A stretch of DNA of 53,776 bases, filler included, from Stramenopiles sp. TOSAG23-3 (taxonomy: Eukaryota), in assembly GCA_900128585.1 (NCBI GenBank). It is 4 parts of 4 records of this genome, joined end to end, with 100 filler letters (N's around TTAATTAATTAA, not from the genome) between each part and the next. Parts side by side here need not be neighbours in the genome. Positions count along the whole stretch, not along the records: positions 40,448 to 53,776 come from LT642631.1; 3 more parts are not named here. One strand, 5' to 3'. Of the stretch, positions 42,618-53,156 are shown piece after piece. The translations under genes were made by a program, and so were the position numbers. The notes below the pieces were generated by a model. The model was given only the letters and a program-made list of their open reading frames with translations, was not told the DNA's origin and did no database searches. How positions within the stretch are numbered: the stretch's first letter is position 1; each line of letters opens with the position of its first letter.

Positions 42618-45215
42618 TCACTCCTCCGCAGTTGCATTGGTTTCCATAGGTTCAGGACTAGAGTCCGCTGAGGATTCACTCCCTTCCCCCTCGCTGTCCT
42701 CGTCGGATTCCTCCGCGATTTCCATTTCCATCCGGTGACTCGTATGGCCTTGTTCAGGGTAATTGTGCTTGGTGCCCTTCACATGGAACCCTTCTTTAAT
42801 ATAAAGTCCCTTGGCATTGCCATTCCTTTCGTTCACGTGCAATTTGATCTTTTCACAATGGGGGAACTCCTCCCGACAAACGTCCCGCATGTACTTAATC
42901 AACGCACTGCCGATCCCTTCGCGCCGTCTATTGGGGTGAACCAAAAGCCAAAACAGTTCTACGTGTTTGCCATTCTTGCTTTTGTAAAATATTGCAAATC
43001 CAACTTGCACGCTATCGTATTGTGCAACAACCGTCCGGTAATCCACGTACGATTCTCGAGGTGAGTTGCACATTTTTGAAAATATCTCGTTTCCAAACAT
43101 CCGCGTCGACATCTCGTTGTTGACGACTATATCCATATCGACCAGTACTTGTAAATCTTCATTGGCATACGGCCGAACAGACAATTCCCCCTTGGCGTCC
43201 AAGAAGACTTTGCCTGTTATCGACGAGCGCGCACTCTCCAACAATTCACGAGGGATCTCTATGCGAGGTTCTTCCTTTACAACCCAACCCCTCGCTGTTC
43301 GAACTGTTTGCACCTCCTCTGCAGGAACTTCCTGCGCCGACAGCTCCATAATCATCTTTAATTGCTGACGCTCTGTGAGGTGCACAATATCGCGCATCGG
43401 CACATTTTTCTGTGTCCCCTGCAAAAGCGGTGGCGCCGAGCAGGTTCGGTTGGGAAGTACGACTGCCTTCAAATCCACAACTGAACCACTGGAAGGCACG
43501 GTCTCTTTCCCCCCTTTCTCATGCTGCGCATCCTTTAAATGTTTGCTTTCCTCGGGTGCCTTCTCGGTGCCTTTGGGCTTGGTCGCTTCGGCCACGTTAC
43601 CTTTCGACATCGACATTTGCTTTGCCAGCCGCGTTTGCTGTCGAAGGGAAAGCCTGGCAGCAGGCGATTCCGGGGCCTCTGTTTTTTTATCAACTTTACT
43701 CCGTCTTTTGCGTGGCACCGGTTTTTCTTGTTTTGGAATGAGCTGTACGCGCTCGTGCTTCAGGGCAATGTCTTCCGTTTCGTTGTCAAACGACCACCTT
43801 ACCGTGTGCATGCCCGTCGATTTATTGTAGGCCGTCAGCTCCCCCGCGTAGTAGGTATCGTCGTCGTCCCAGAGAACTCTGACTTGTCTGCCCACGATCT
43901 GCTCGTTGATCATCTCTGGCTCCAGCCGAAAGCATGAATCGCTGTCTAACACTATGCGTTGGAGGGTCACGTTGTTTTCCGTGTTAAACCGTTTGTTTCC
44001 AGGGTACCTAATGCAAAGGGTTTCTTTGACGTCGTTGCCCGAGACTACTTCTCCTATGTACGTGCGCTTCTTCCACAACACCTTCACCAACTGCCCTACG
44101 TGAAGATCGTACTTTTGCAGCACCGTTTTCGGGGCTTTCTTTTCGCGCTTCCTATGTTTCTTTTTCTTCTTTTTCTTTTTCTTCTTCTTTTTCTTCGCCT
44201 TTTTGCTTTTCTTTGTCGACTTCTGTTTTTCTTCAGTACGTGGAGCGTGGGCCTCTGGGACAATGGGCGCGGGCAGCTTTGCGAGAACGGGCGTCTTTGC
44301 GGGCGGTCTAGTTGCTTTAAATACATCGAGGGTTTCATTCGCCCGAAGCGGCTCCGCAAGCTTTCCAGGCTCCGGCGTTGCCTGGTGCTGTTCGAGTTTA
44401 GCCAAAAGCAGTTGGGTGGCAGAAGACAGTCCCAAAGATTGAAAAAGGGAGTCATTCTCGGCATGCTCGGGGGACGGTTGCGGCGGTATATCCGGCGGTA
44501 AAATTGCCCTGTTGCGCGGAGCCTCTGGCTGCAAAATTGCCCTACTCCGTGGGGCCTCTGGCTGCAAAATTGCCCTACTCCGTGGGGCCTCCGGCGGCAA
44601 AATTGCCCCACTCCGCTGGGCCTCTGGCACGCTGGCATACCCTCGGTTAGCTCTTGCTGCAAAGCCAGGGTTTGGGTAATAGTCTGCCGTTGGCGTCGTA
44701 GCGTACCCTTGTCTATACTGCATGGGGGGACTTTGGGCCGGCCTTTGTTGCAGGGGCGGGGGGGGACAGGAAGGGGGCGGTGGAATGGCTTTCTTCGGGA
44801 GAGACCGCGCGGAAACATTTTTTGGCGGGGGAAAAGCTGGTGGAGGCGGGGGCGGCTTCCTTGAGCGGTTATCTCTCGAATATGCATTGCCCATGCCACC
44901 GTTTGACCTCCCTGGTGTACTTGACCTTGGGGAGGGTGCAGACCTGGGGGGACGGGGGATAAACGGCCGTCTATCCGCCGGGCGGCCAGCGCTGCCCCTA
45001 TGGTGACTATTGTTTTGCGTTGAATGCCCTGACGGCCCCGGCCCGCGATGGTGGTAGCCAGTATTACCAAAACCCGACATAAGAAAAGTCTTTGCATTGC
45101 CACCTTCCCGTTGACCATAAGGGTCATTCCTACTACGTTTTCCCAGCACCCTAGGGGACGCCGGGGACACGGCCCGTGTCCTCCCCGAAGGCGAACCAAA
45201 GCCAGGACGGTCCAT
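42618..45215 (-). CDS. Pro-rich + two Tudor-like domains + UIM-like motifs + GNAT acetyltransferase
   Basis: VGQLVKVLW...YIGEV and IVGRQVRVLWDDDDTYYAGELTAYN..TGMHTV (Tudor). LTERQQLKMIMELSAQE (UIM-like). LLVHPNRRREGIGSAL...LHV...N..AKGLY.K.GF (GNAT). Confidence 0.85.
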   Translation of the reverse strand: MDRPGFGSPSGRTRAVSPASPRVLGKRSRNDPYGQREGGNAKTFLMSGFGNTGYHHRGPGPSGHSTQNNSHHRGSAGRPADRRPFIPRPPRSAPSPRSSTPGRSNGGMGNAYSRDNRSRKPPPPPPAFPPPKNVSARSLPKKAIPPPPSCPPPPLQQRPAQSPPMQYRQGYATTPTADYYPNPGFAARANRGYASVPEAQRSGAILPPEAPRSRAILQPEAPRSRAILQPEAPRNRAILPPDIPPQPSPEHAENDSLFQSLGLSSATQLLLAKLEQHQATPEPGKLAEPLRANETLDVFKATRPPAKTPVLAKLPAPIVPEAHAPRTEEKQKSTKKSKKAKKKKKKKKKKKKKHRKREKKAPKTVLQKYDLHVGQLVKVLWKKRTYIGEVVSGNDVKETLCIRYPGNKRFNTENNVTLQRIVLDSDSCFRLEPEMINEQIVGRQVRVLWDDDDTYYAGELTAYNKSTGMHTVRWSFDNETEDIALKHERVQLIPKQEKPVPRKRRSKVDKKTEAPESPAARLSLRQQTRLAKQMSMSKGNVAEATKPKGTEKAPEESKHLKDAQHEKGGKETVPSSGSVVDLKAVVLPNRTCSAPPLLQGTQKNVPMRDIVHLTERQQLKMIMELSAQEVPAEEVQTVRTARGWVVKEEPRIEIPRELLESARSSITGKVFLDAKGELSVRPYANEDLQVLVDMDIVVNNEMSTRMFGNEIFSKMCNSPRESYVDYRTVVAQYDSVQVGFAIFYKSKNGKHVELFWLLVHPNRRREGIGSALIKYMRDVCREEFPHCEKIKLHVNERNGNAKGLYIKEGFHVKGTKHNYPEQGHTSHRMEMEIAEESDEDSEGEGSESSADSSPEPMETNATAEE
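44491..44628 (-). repeat. 33-bp coding minisatellite, about 4 copies (AILxPEAPRSR)
   Basis: AAAATTGCCC recurs at 44500, 44533, 44566 and 44599. Confidence 0.9.
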
Positions 45216-45440
45216 GCCCTAGAGAACGGAAGCGACAAAAACGTTCACCAATAAAAACCAACCTACTACACTGTTATACCTTATCTCTTGATCATTAAGC
45301 CATATATTAATTTATCAAATACAACATCTTTTTCTTTCTAGTTTCACTTGTATCTATATCTATATCTTTCACTCGTATCAAATTAGAAGAAATAGAAATG
45401 CTTAGTATAAATAAATATAAGAGAAACTCTTGGTGTGGTG

Positions 45441-45557
45441 TCTCTTCTTCTTTCTTCTTTCTTCTTCTTTTTTTTTCTCTTCTTCTTCTTCTTCTTCTTT
45501 TCTTCTTCTTCTTCTTCTTTTCTTCTTCTTCTTTTCTTCTTTTTTTTCTTCTTTTTT
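45441..45557. repeat. (TTC)n pyrimidine microsatellite
   Basis: Near-pure C/T tract upstream of the GNAT gene. Confidence 0.9.
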
Positions 45558-46108
45558 ATTAATCGATGATTTTAAATATATTATTTATACTTTTATAGGT
45601 AATATTACTACTAAATATTAATAGGTAATGAAATTAATTATGAATCAAAGAGAAAGTGGCATTGATTTCAATTCTATTGTTATATAAATAGATTTATTCT
45701 GCCGCCTAAATCTTACTCTTTTTAATTGATTTGTTATACTTATAGTTTGTATCATATATCGATGTTTGGCTATTAAATTATTATTATAACCCTAACCCAA
45801 CTCCTCTTTTCGATTCATTAAATATAATTTAAATAAATAAAAAATCAATGTTGTACTTTGTATGTTATATTAAGGTACATTTATATATGATAATAATATG
45901 GTATTCATTAAAATAGGTTATAAATATTAAAAAAACAATTATCAATACCCATATCATCCTTAATTGAGTACATAATGTGATGATCAGCATTATTTGTTTT
46001 GATTTGATTATTATTGTTGGCGCGCGATCTAAAAATCTGCTCCTCCCTATTTTTCTTCATACCACCCCCCCTCACACGCATAAAAACCATAGGATGCGAT
46101 TTTCAAAT

Positions 46109-46857
46109 TCATGAATCTTCTTCTTCAACATATTTTTTTCCATCGTCTGTACTGAACCATGATTCATTGTTCCTTCTTGGTCGCCAATCATATACACGAA
46201 CGTTATCGCTGCTGGGCTTGGAACTTTGCGATCCCTTGGCTTTCGCCTTCGGCCGCCTTTTCGTAGTAGATTCGCTGCTGGACTTGGAACTATGGACTGC
46301 ATTAATTTTCGTCGCCTGCCACCTTTTCCGAGGACTCGCCACTTCAATGTTTACCACCGGCTTTAGCGGTTCTATCGTTTTTTCGAGGGCGGGGGGGATA
46401 TTTCCTACTACCACACTTTGCTTAGACAGTGCAATAAGTTCCTTACTGCTTTCATCTTTAATTACAGGTTTCGATGGCTGTAGCGCCCTTTGACCGGGGA
46501 CAGGATCGGCAACCGTGTCTCTTACTTTGAAATCAATTTGGGGTGCACTGTTCACCAGGGCCACACTATCTGTGATCGTATCTTTTCCACTCCTTTGCAC
46601 GACAGTATCGGCCGCGCTTTCCAGTTGCTCTGCCACAAGCAAACGCTCTTCAGCTATACGTTTTGCCTGCCTTCGTCGCTCCAACCATGGAGCTACCTCA
46701 GTTGTCAAAATGGCCAAACCTCCAGCCTACATAACAAGAAGAAAGAAAAGGACAAACGGATTGTTAGTAGCGAAAAGGATGAAAAAGAAGAGAAAGTAAC
46801 GCCTTGACTTACCGAAAGAAAGGCACCACCTAAAAACTTTCCAGTCACTTTCGCCAT
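46109..46857 (-). CDS. Two-exon hypothetical protein with N-terminal hydrophobic segment; exons 46857-46813 and 46726-46109
   Basis: GTAAGT donor at 46812, TACTAAC branch point near 46765, pyrimidine tract, TAG acceptor ending 46727. Splicing gives in-frame MAKVTGKFLGGAFLS|AGGLAILTTEVAPWL. Confidence 0.75.
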
Positions 46858-47408
46858 TTCCCCCTGTAACTAAAATAAAAACTACTATTGACAACGGACT
46901 TTCTTATAAACAATCCAATGCAAACTATTGGGGCCTAAAAACCGATCGAATTGACGAAGGGTTAAAATGCCTGGTTGGCACAATCGATCAAGATCTTTTC
47001 TTCTGTAATATCTATATCAAAGGAACAACTATGAAATAGTTTATACTAAAATATATGGAACGAATGGCCACATCTCAATGCCGCCGACAACAGACAGCTG
47101 CTGCTGCAGATCGATGATGATGATGAGGGTGACGACGTCGATTTTTTAAAGATTATGCTTGCTATCATGATGTACGTAATATAAAGTACAATATAACATA
47201 TTCATAAATATTAGTTACTATAAAGACAACCTACATAACTATTCTTATCGATACAGTATATTAAACAAAAAAATTACAATGAATTAGTTCCCTATTTAAT
47301 TATTATAAAAAGTACCTTTTTCATCGATATCCGGGCGAGGTCGGTCGGTCGGTCGAGGCGGCCGTTATCAATCAAATTCAACAAAATAATAACGCTGCGG
47401 CTGCGACG

Positions 47409-47586
47409 CTTCTTCTTTTCTTTCTTTCTTTCTTCTTCTTCTTCTTTCTTCTTCTTCTTTCTTCTTCTTTCTTCTTCTACTTCTTCTTCTACTTCTTCTT
47501 TCTACTTATTCTACTTATTCTTCTTTTTCTTCTTCTTCTTCTTTTTCTTCTTCTTCTTCTTCTTCTTCTTCTTTCTTCTTCTTCTT
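47409..47586. repeat. (TTC)n microsatellite
   Basis: Long C/T tract between divergent genes. Confidence 0.92.
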
Positions 47587-47894
47587 AAAAAAAAAACGGA
47601 CTATAATATTATACGTATTATAGTTTGGCGGCGGCGTCATTACCTACTATAGTATAGTAATAGTACCACAACAAAGTATTATTATTTCTTCTTCTTCTTC
47701 ACTTTGGTTAGGTGGTCGGGTGGTGACTTCGATTTTTTATACAAAAAGGAATGAAAGAAAATGTTATAACTTATGCATTTTGAATAGTAATTGAAACAAA
47801 CCAAGAAGAGAATTAAACATTATATATATAATAACGACAGTGTGTGTTTGTATACTTGGGAAATAGCTTTCATTGTTCGGTTGGTGTTGGTATA

Positions 47895-48662
47895 ATGAAT
47901 TTGACGGACTATGAAACCTGTTCACGCGATGACCTGCTGGAGGAAATTCAAACCCTAAAGGGGAAAATTGGGATTCAACAGAAACGTAACGAACGGTTAA
48001 ACAATGAATTCAAACGTCAGGAACGTCGGTTGCTGTCAGAAAATAGAAAGTTAAAAACGACTTTGCGTGCGCTAGGAGGCAACAGTCGAGGGGGAAGAGA
48101 GAATTTTGAGGCCCTACGGAAAGAGAACGAAATGCTCCGAGCTACGATAAAGACGTACCACGATGAGCTCCGACAGCCGGATCTTCACGGGGAGGACGAG
48201 ACGAGTTCACGGCAGCCAAGCCAGCGCATAGCACACAAGAAGAAGACCAACCGGGGGAGAGAGAAACAGACATTTGAAGAGCGAATGCGCCGTAGAACAA
48301 ACATGCTGTCAAAACGAGCACACGACCGAAAAAAGAAATTGGCTGCGGACAACGAGTTGAGACGGTCGAAAGAATACAAAAAAATACTACTAACAAAATC
48401 GAAGAAGCAAGAAGGTCTTGCCCGAAGCAAGGAAAGGACGGAGAAAGCGTACCAGTCGAATAGAGAAGCCGCCATAGCAAAGCTTCACCAACAGTTCAAA
48501 GAAGATTTGCGTGCATACGACGAAAACATGCACTTAGACGAAGAAAAACAATTGCTTTCTATGCGCGAACAGAAATCAAAATCTTCTTCCAACCGGCGAC
48601 GTTGTTCGGAAGCACTGTCCATCGATGATATTTTCTCCCGACTGGACGTCGAGGAACAATAA
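47895..48662 (+). CDS. Hypothetical coiled-coil protein
   Basis: ATG at 47895. Highly charged, heptad-rich 255-aa ORF. Confidence 0.7.
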   Translation: MNLTDYETCSRDDLLEEIQTLKGKIGIQQKRNERLNNEFKRQERRLLSENRKLKTTLRALGGNSRGGRENFEALRKENEMLRATIKTYHDELRQPDLHGEDETSSRQPSQRIAHKKKTNRGREKQTFEERMRRRTNMLSKRAHDRKKKLAADNELRRSKEYKKILLTKSKKQEGLARSKERTEKAYQSNREAAIAKLHQQFKEDLRAYDENMHLDEEKQLLSMREQKSKSSSNRRRCSEALSIDDIFSRLDVEEQ

Positions 48663-48758
48663 ACGAGCGCCTGTATGTAGCGCGGTCCGTAGAGAACCAG
48701 AGAGAGAGAGTTTTGTTGTAGTAGTTTTAAGATTATTATAAATTCATTTTCGCGGTAC

Positions 48759-48957
48759 ATGAGAAAGCTAAATTTTAATTACTTAAATGCAAACCTAGAA
48801 TGTCTAAATCTAGATCTCAGTTCGCAGTACATTAATTTTCATTATCATATATGATACTTAAATAACAGCCAATTTTCTTGTTTTAATAACAGCCAATTTT
48901 TTGTTTTTAATACAGACAATTTATTGTTTTTAATGACAGCCAATTGCCTGTTTTTTT
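48759..48957 (+). repeat. Longest copy of the dispersed intergenic repeat, ending in four tandem ~24-bp AATAACAGCCAATTTTCTTGTTTT-like units
   Basis: Shares sequence with 18923-18978 (+), 36319-36381 (-) and 42438-42464 (-). Confidence 0.8.
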
Positions 48958-48994
48958 ATAAAATCTTATTCTTTCCCTTAATCCCAAGGTGCCC

Positions 48995-50269
48995 TCAATG
49001 GTAAGAGAACTCGTCCTGTTTGTCCTCGTCTTTGGCACCCCCGTCGAGCAAATGCTGGTAATAATTGCAGTGGAGTGGGTCAACCTGCGTGAGCTTTGAG
49101 ATGACCATGTACCGTTCCTGTTTGAGCTCCTCTAGGGTCACCCCGCCGCACTCGTTGCCTGGCATACTGCTAAGAATTTCTATTTGTTTTCCCAGCAAAA
49201 AGTCGATCTGGATGTTCGGCCATACCAAGTCTTGCTCAACCTCCAACAGGCCTTTGAACTTTTTTATTTCTTTGCTAATGCTCTCAAAAATCACCGTGGA
49301 AGGATTTTCCACCACGCCACTGCCCACTTCTTTCGTAGCCCTGGGCGGCGGCACAGACGTCCCTGTGGCTTCCAAAGGGAACGCCCCGTACGCATTGCTC
49401 TTCAGACGGCTCAGGTAACATCTGTAGTACTGTAAATCCAAGTCGGGCCCCGAGGTACTGCTGTTGCTCGCTGTTTTAGAACCAGCCGAACCCAAACACT
49501 TCATCGCAGTCTCGACCAGCCATCGGTGGTATATCCAAGCAGACTGGTCGTCCGGCTCGGTGAAGATAGCTTCGTCCACAAAGTTGAGCTCATGCAAGAC
49601 CATTTCAAGGTCCCCCTCCCAAATTTTCGAACGCTCGTGCCAGGCAGAATAATTACTGAAGTTTCGAGCGATCAGCTTGTCTGTAAATTCTCTCTCCAGC
49701 TTCAAATCTGGCCGCCCTACGCTCATCACGCACCGGCGGTAATTCCAACAGTGAAAGTTTCGCTCATCGTGTTTTAAGAAGGTTTCGGTGAGGCCCAACT
49801 CTTTTTCGTAGTCTTCGATTGCACCAATCGACAACAGCCATTTTCTGTGCTGCCACACGTAATAGCACTTGGGGTTGCGGGCAGATAGGGCTTTCTCCGT
49901 CAGCACTAATTCGCTCTGGAGTAAGGACTCTCGGCTCAACCCCGCTGGGGCTTTCCCGCAGCCTATGTCGGTGAATGCTTTCCGCATAATTTCGCGCCGA
50001 TATCCCCAAACGGAATAAAAGTCGGGGTTGGCAATAGCCATCTTCTCCGTCAAAGCGAGCATTTTAATAGAAACGTCGGACTTGCTCATTTTACTAATTA
50101 CAACACCCGCAAGCTTCTTGTAAGCTGCGAGCTTCGCGGCTTTCTTTGCCAGTTCCTTTGGCGATGGCTCATCCGTCTTCGAAACACGTTTGCGGCCGTG
50201 CACTAGAGTGTAAGTCAAATGTTAGCAACAGGAAAGTGCAGAGGGAGGGAGGGCGGTTTAAAACTTACT
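48995..50269 (-). CDS. RABGGTA: Rab geranylgeranyltransferase alpha subunit; start codon split by intron 50203-50268
   Basis: HGRK N-terminus, NPDFYSVW.YRR, NPKCYYVW.HRKW, DERNFHCWNYRR, NFSNYSAWH.RS, AIFTEPDDQSAWIYHRW, VDPLH.NYY. Splicing A|GTAAGT...TGCTAAC...TAG|TG restores ATG-CAC-GGC-CGC. Confidence 0.93.
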
Positions 50270-50506
50270 GGTTGCTCTTTATATAGGATGTAACAAAAGG
50301 CGCTGTATAATTGCACAACAATTTATAGACGACGCACACGCTTGTAATATTCGATAAATAGAAAGACAAGTTTGCTTGGCAGTGATCAAATAAATAGACG
50401 GGATAACCAATGCAATAAATAAAATCATATAATAACAACGAACCGACGATTCGACGACGACGCGGAAGACGACCGCCGCCGCGACGACGACGGACACGAC
50501 GACGAC

Positions 50507-50525
50507 GAGAAGAGAGAAGAAGAAA

Positions 50526-50558
<33 letters not shown>

Positions 50559-50700
50559 AGAAGATGAAGAAAAGAAGAAGAAGATGAAAGAAAGAGAAAG
50601 AAGAAGAAGAAGAAGAAGAAGAAGAAGAAGAAGAAGAAGAAGAAGAAGAAGAAGAAGAAGAAGAAGAAGAAAAAAAAGAAGAAGAAGAAAGAAGAAGAGG
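50507..50700. repeat. (GAA)n microsatellite
   Basis: Long purine tract between the divergent RABGGTA and METTL13 genes. Confidence 0.95.
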
Positions 50701-50990
50701 AGGAGTAGTATAATAGTTCTTCTTTTTATAATAATTATTATTTTTTTTTCTTGGTGGGTGTTGTTGTTGTTGGGTGGTGGTTGGTGGTGGGTGGGCTCTC
50801 CTCTCTTCGCTATTGATTTGTCATTGATGTTTGAGATGTATGTATAATTTTAATACAGTAGAGAGAAGAAGTGCTTTGGAAATTCAAAAGCGTCGTTGAA
50901 TGTTATCTTGGAAGGAGAAAAGGCATTACCCGTTGCGTGTCTGTTTGCGATTTAGGGAGACATACACACACACAGTGAGAGAGAGAGACC

Positions 50991-53115
50991 ATGAGTGGGT
51001 TTGCGTCCGCACCGACCGACTTGCTTCCAAAGTCCCACGCGGAGTTTCGCGAAAAAGGCTTTTGGGACGAATTTTTTATAAAACGGAATTCAGAGGCGTT
51101 CGAATGGTATGGGGCATGGGATGACGTTGCACCCCTTATGCAACAGTACCTTCCCGCATCGAAGGAGGCGTCTGTCCTCGTCGTGGGGTGCGGGAACTCT
51201 TCGACGAGTGAGGAAATGTTCGACGCTGGGTATGGATCGGTCAGGAGCATAGACTTTAGTACCGCCGTTATTCAAGAAATGGAGAAGAAAACCCCCTTGG
51301 CGAAGAAGCGAGGGGGGTTGAAGTATGAGCTGATGGACATGCTGATGATGACGTACAACGACGAGACGTATAACGCCGTCTTCGACAAAGGTGCGTTGGA
51401 TGCGCTGATGTCCGACGAAAGCGCTCAGTCCACCGAAGAGGCGAACCAAATGTTTTCCGAAGTGGCCAGGGTCCTGACCCCGGGCGGGTTCTACCTGTGC
51501 GTCACGCTAGCGCAGCAGCAGATCATGTCGGCGCTGTTCCGGTTCTTCCGTGTTGGGTTTAACATTCATATCCACACATTTTCTCCGCAAGACGGGTCTG
51601 CCCTGTGCCCGTTCTTTTTCGCTGTCCAGAAGTGGGCGACGTCGGAGCAAGGGGGCGCCTCCCCGAACATTGTCACTTACTTCGACGGCACGGCGGAGGC
51701 AGCGAATTTAGGAGAGGCCATAAAACGGATTCGAAAGGCGCAGCAGGTTCACAACATGCTGGGCGGCCCTATACGCTCCTCGAGCACCCGCGTTCTCCCG
51801 CTGCAACTATGGTCTCAAAACAACGAAAGCAAGGCAGAGAGAGATAGCAACAATAGTTCCCCCCGTTACGAAGTGAGCCTGATGGACCCCGAAATCAAGG
51901 CGACCCAAGGGCTGTGCTGCGTTTGCATAGTGCCCATTGGCCGGGAGCACGAGTGGATGTTTGCCGTAGAAGAGGGGCAAATGCAGCTGGCAGAGAGCGC
52001 GGGGTACGCACGGTTTATCCTCGTGCGGATGAACCGTGGTCACGAGTACGAAAACATGGAGAGCATCCAGAAAGAACTCTCTGCCCACATGTCGAAACTG
52101 GCCCCCCCGGGCACATCTGTGGCGGAGTCGCAGGCAGGGACAAAGATCCCGTTCGTCACCATCAGTCAGGACATCGGTTTTCGCGATTGCCTGGACCGTG
52201 GGATTTCTTCTTTGAGCGGGGAATACGTTATAGAAGAGGTAAAGGGCGACGACGACGGGGAGCGCCGGCGAAGGCTGGTGTTCCTCAGCAACATGGGAGC
52301 GATCCAGTCGGAAGCGCGCATCAAACGCGTCAAAATCAAATCGGGGAGGAGCGGGAACAAGAAAGGGAAGAAGAAAAAGGGTGGCAAGGGGAAGAAGAAG
52401 TCTTCCGTTGGGAACCAGACCGCGATCGTTGTTGATCATGGATTTTTGGCGTTTGAATACCACCGGGCTATGCTCATTGCCCCAATATTCCTGCAAACCA
52501 ATTTTGAGGGCGGCGCAAAAGCCTGCGTCATTGGGACGGGGGGGGGGCTTGTTTGCCATGTTTTTGCAGAAGCACGTCCCACGATTGGTGTTGGAGACGG
52601 TGGACTTGGACCCCGAGATGCCAAAAATCGCGAAAGAGTGGTTTGGTATGAAAGAGTCGGCCGGGCTGTCCAGCTTCGTAGGTGATGGGATCGAATTCTT
52701 GCAGGCGCAGCACGATGCTGGCTCAAAGTACCACATGGTTTTTGTTGACGTGGATTCCAAAGATTTGACAGAGGGCCTCATGTTTCCCCCAAAAGTTTTC
52801 TTAGATAATAGTTTCCTTCAGTTGGCGAACGATTGCTTATTGCCAAACGGCGTGCTGGTCATCAACTTGGCGGCAAGGGCAAGTAAAACGTTTACGGATG
52901 CGATGGAAAAAATACGTGGCGTGTTCTCCGAAGCCCACGTAGTGCCCATTGCGGGTGACGTGAACAGAGTGGTGCTTGCCCTGAAAACTGGGCTGGGGAA
53001 AGCCCCATCCAGTCTGAGCAAGGCAGGGGAGCGAACGTTGAAGCTGATGAAAGTGACCGAAGACATTGCGTCCGACGTGATGAATTACCTTGCCAGTGTA
53101 GAATCTACTGCGTAA
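50991..53115 (+). CDS. METTL13: eEF1A lysine and N-terminal dual methyltransferase; frameshift in the G10 run at 52538-52547
   Basis: LLPKS..EF....FWD.FF..R...FEWYG, VVGCGNS, DKGALDAL, VPIGREHEW.F...GQ, RRLVFLSN...IQSE. The second, spermidine-synthase-like MTase domain (IGTGGG|LFAMFL, DLDPEM..IA..WFG, VDVDSKD) is restored by removing one G. Confidence 0.93.
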
Positions 53116-53156
53116 AATACAAAACCAGTGTAGAATCTACTGCGTAAAATACAAAA
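53093..53156 (+). repeat. Exact 32-bp tandem duplication spanning the METTL13 stop codon
   Basis: CCAGTGTAGAATCTACTGCGTAAAATACAAAA at 53093 and 53125. Confidence 0.92.

Noticed and set aside
50584-50847. Poly-Arg ORF and similar poly-Phe/Ser ORFs (45430-45621, 26941-27219, 21747-21950)
   Set aside because: Translations of GAA/TTC microsatellites.
52538-52547. METTL13 frameshift as programmed frameshifting or a gene split
   Set aside because: It falls in a G10 homopolymer and removing one G restores IGTGGGLFAMFL, so a sequencing error is the simplest explanation.
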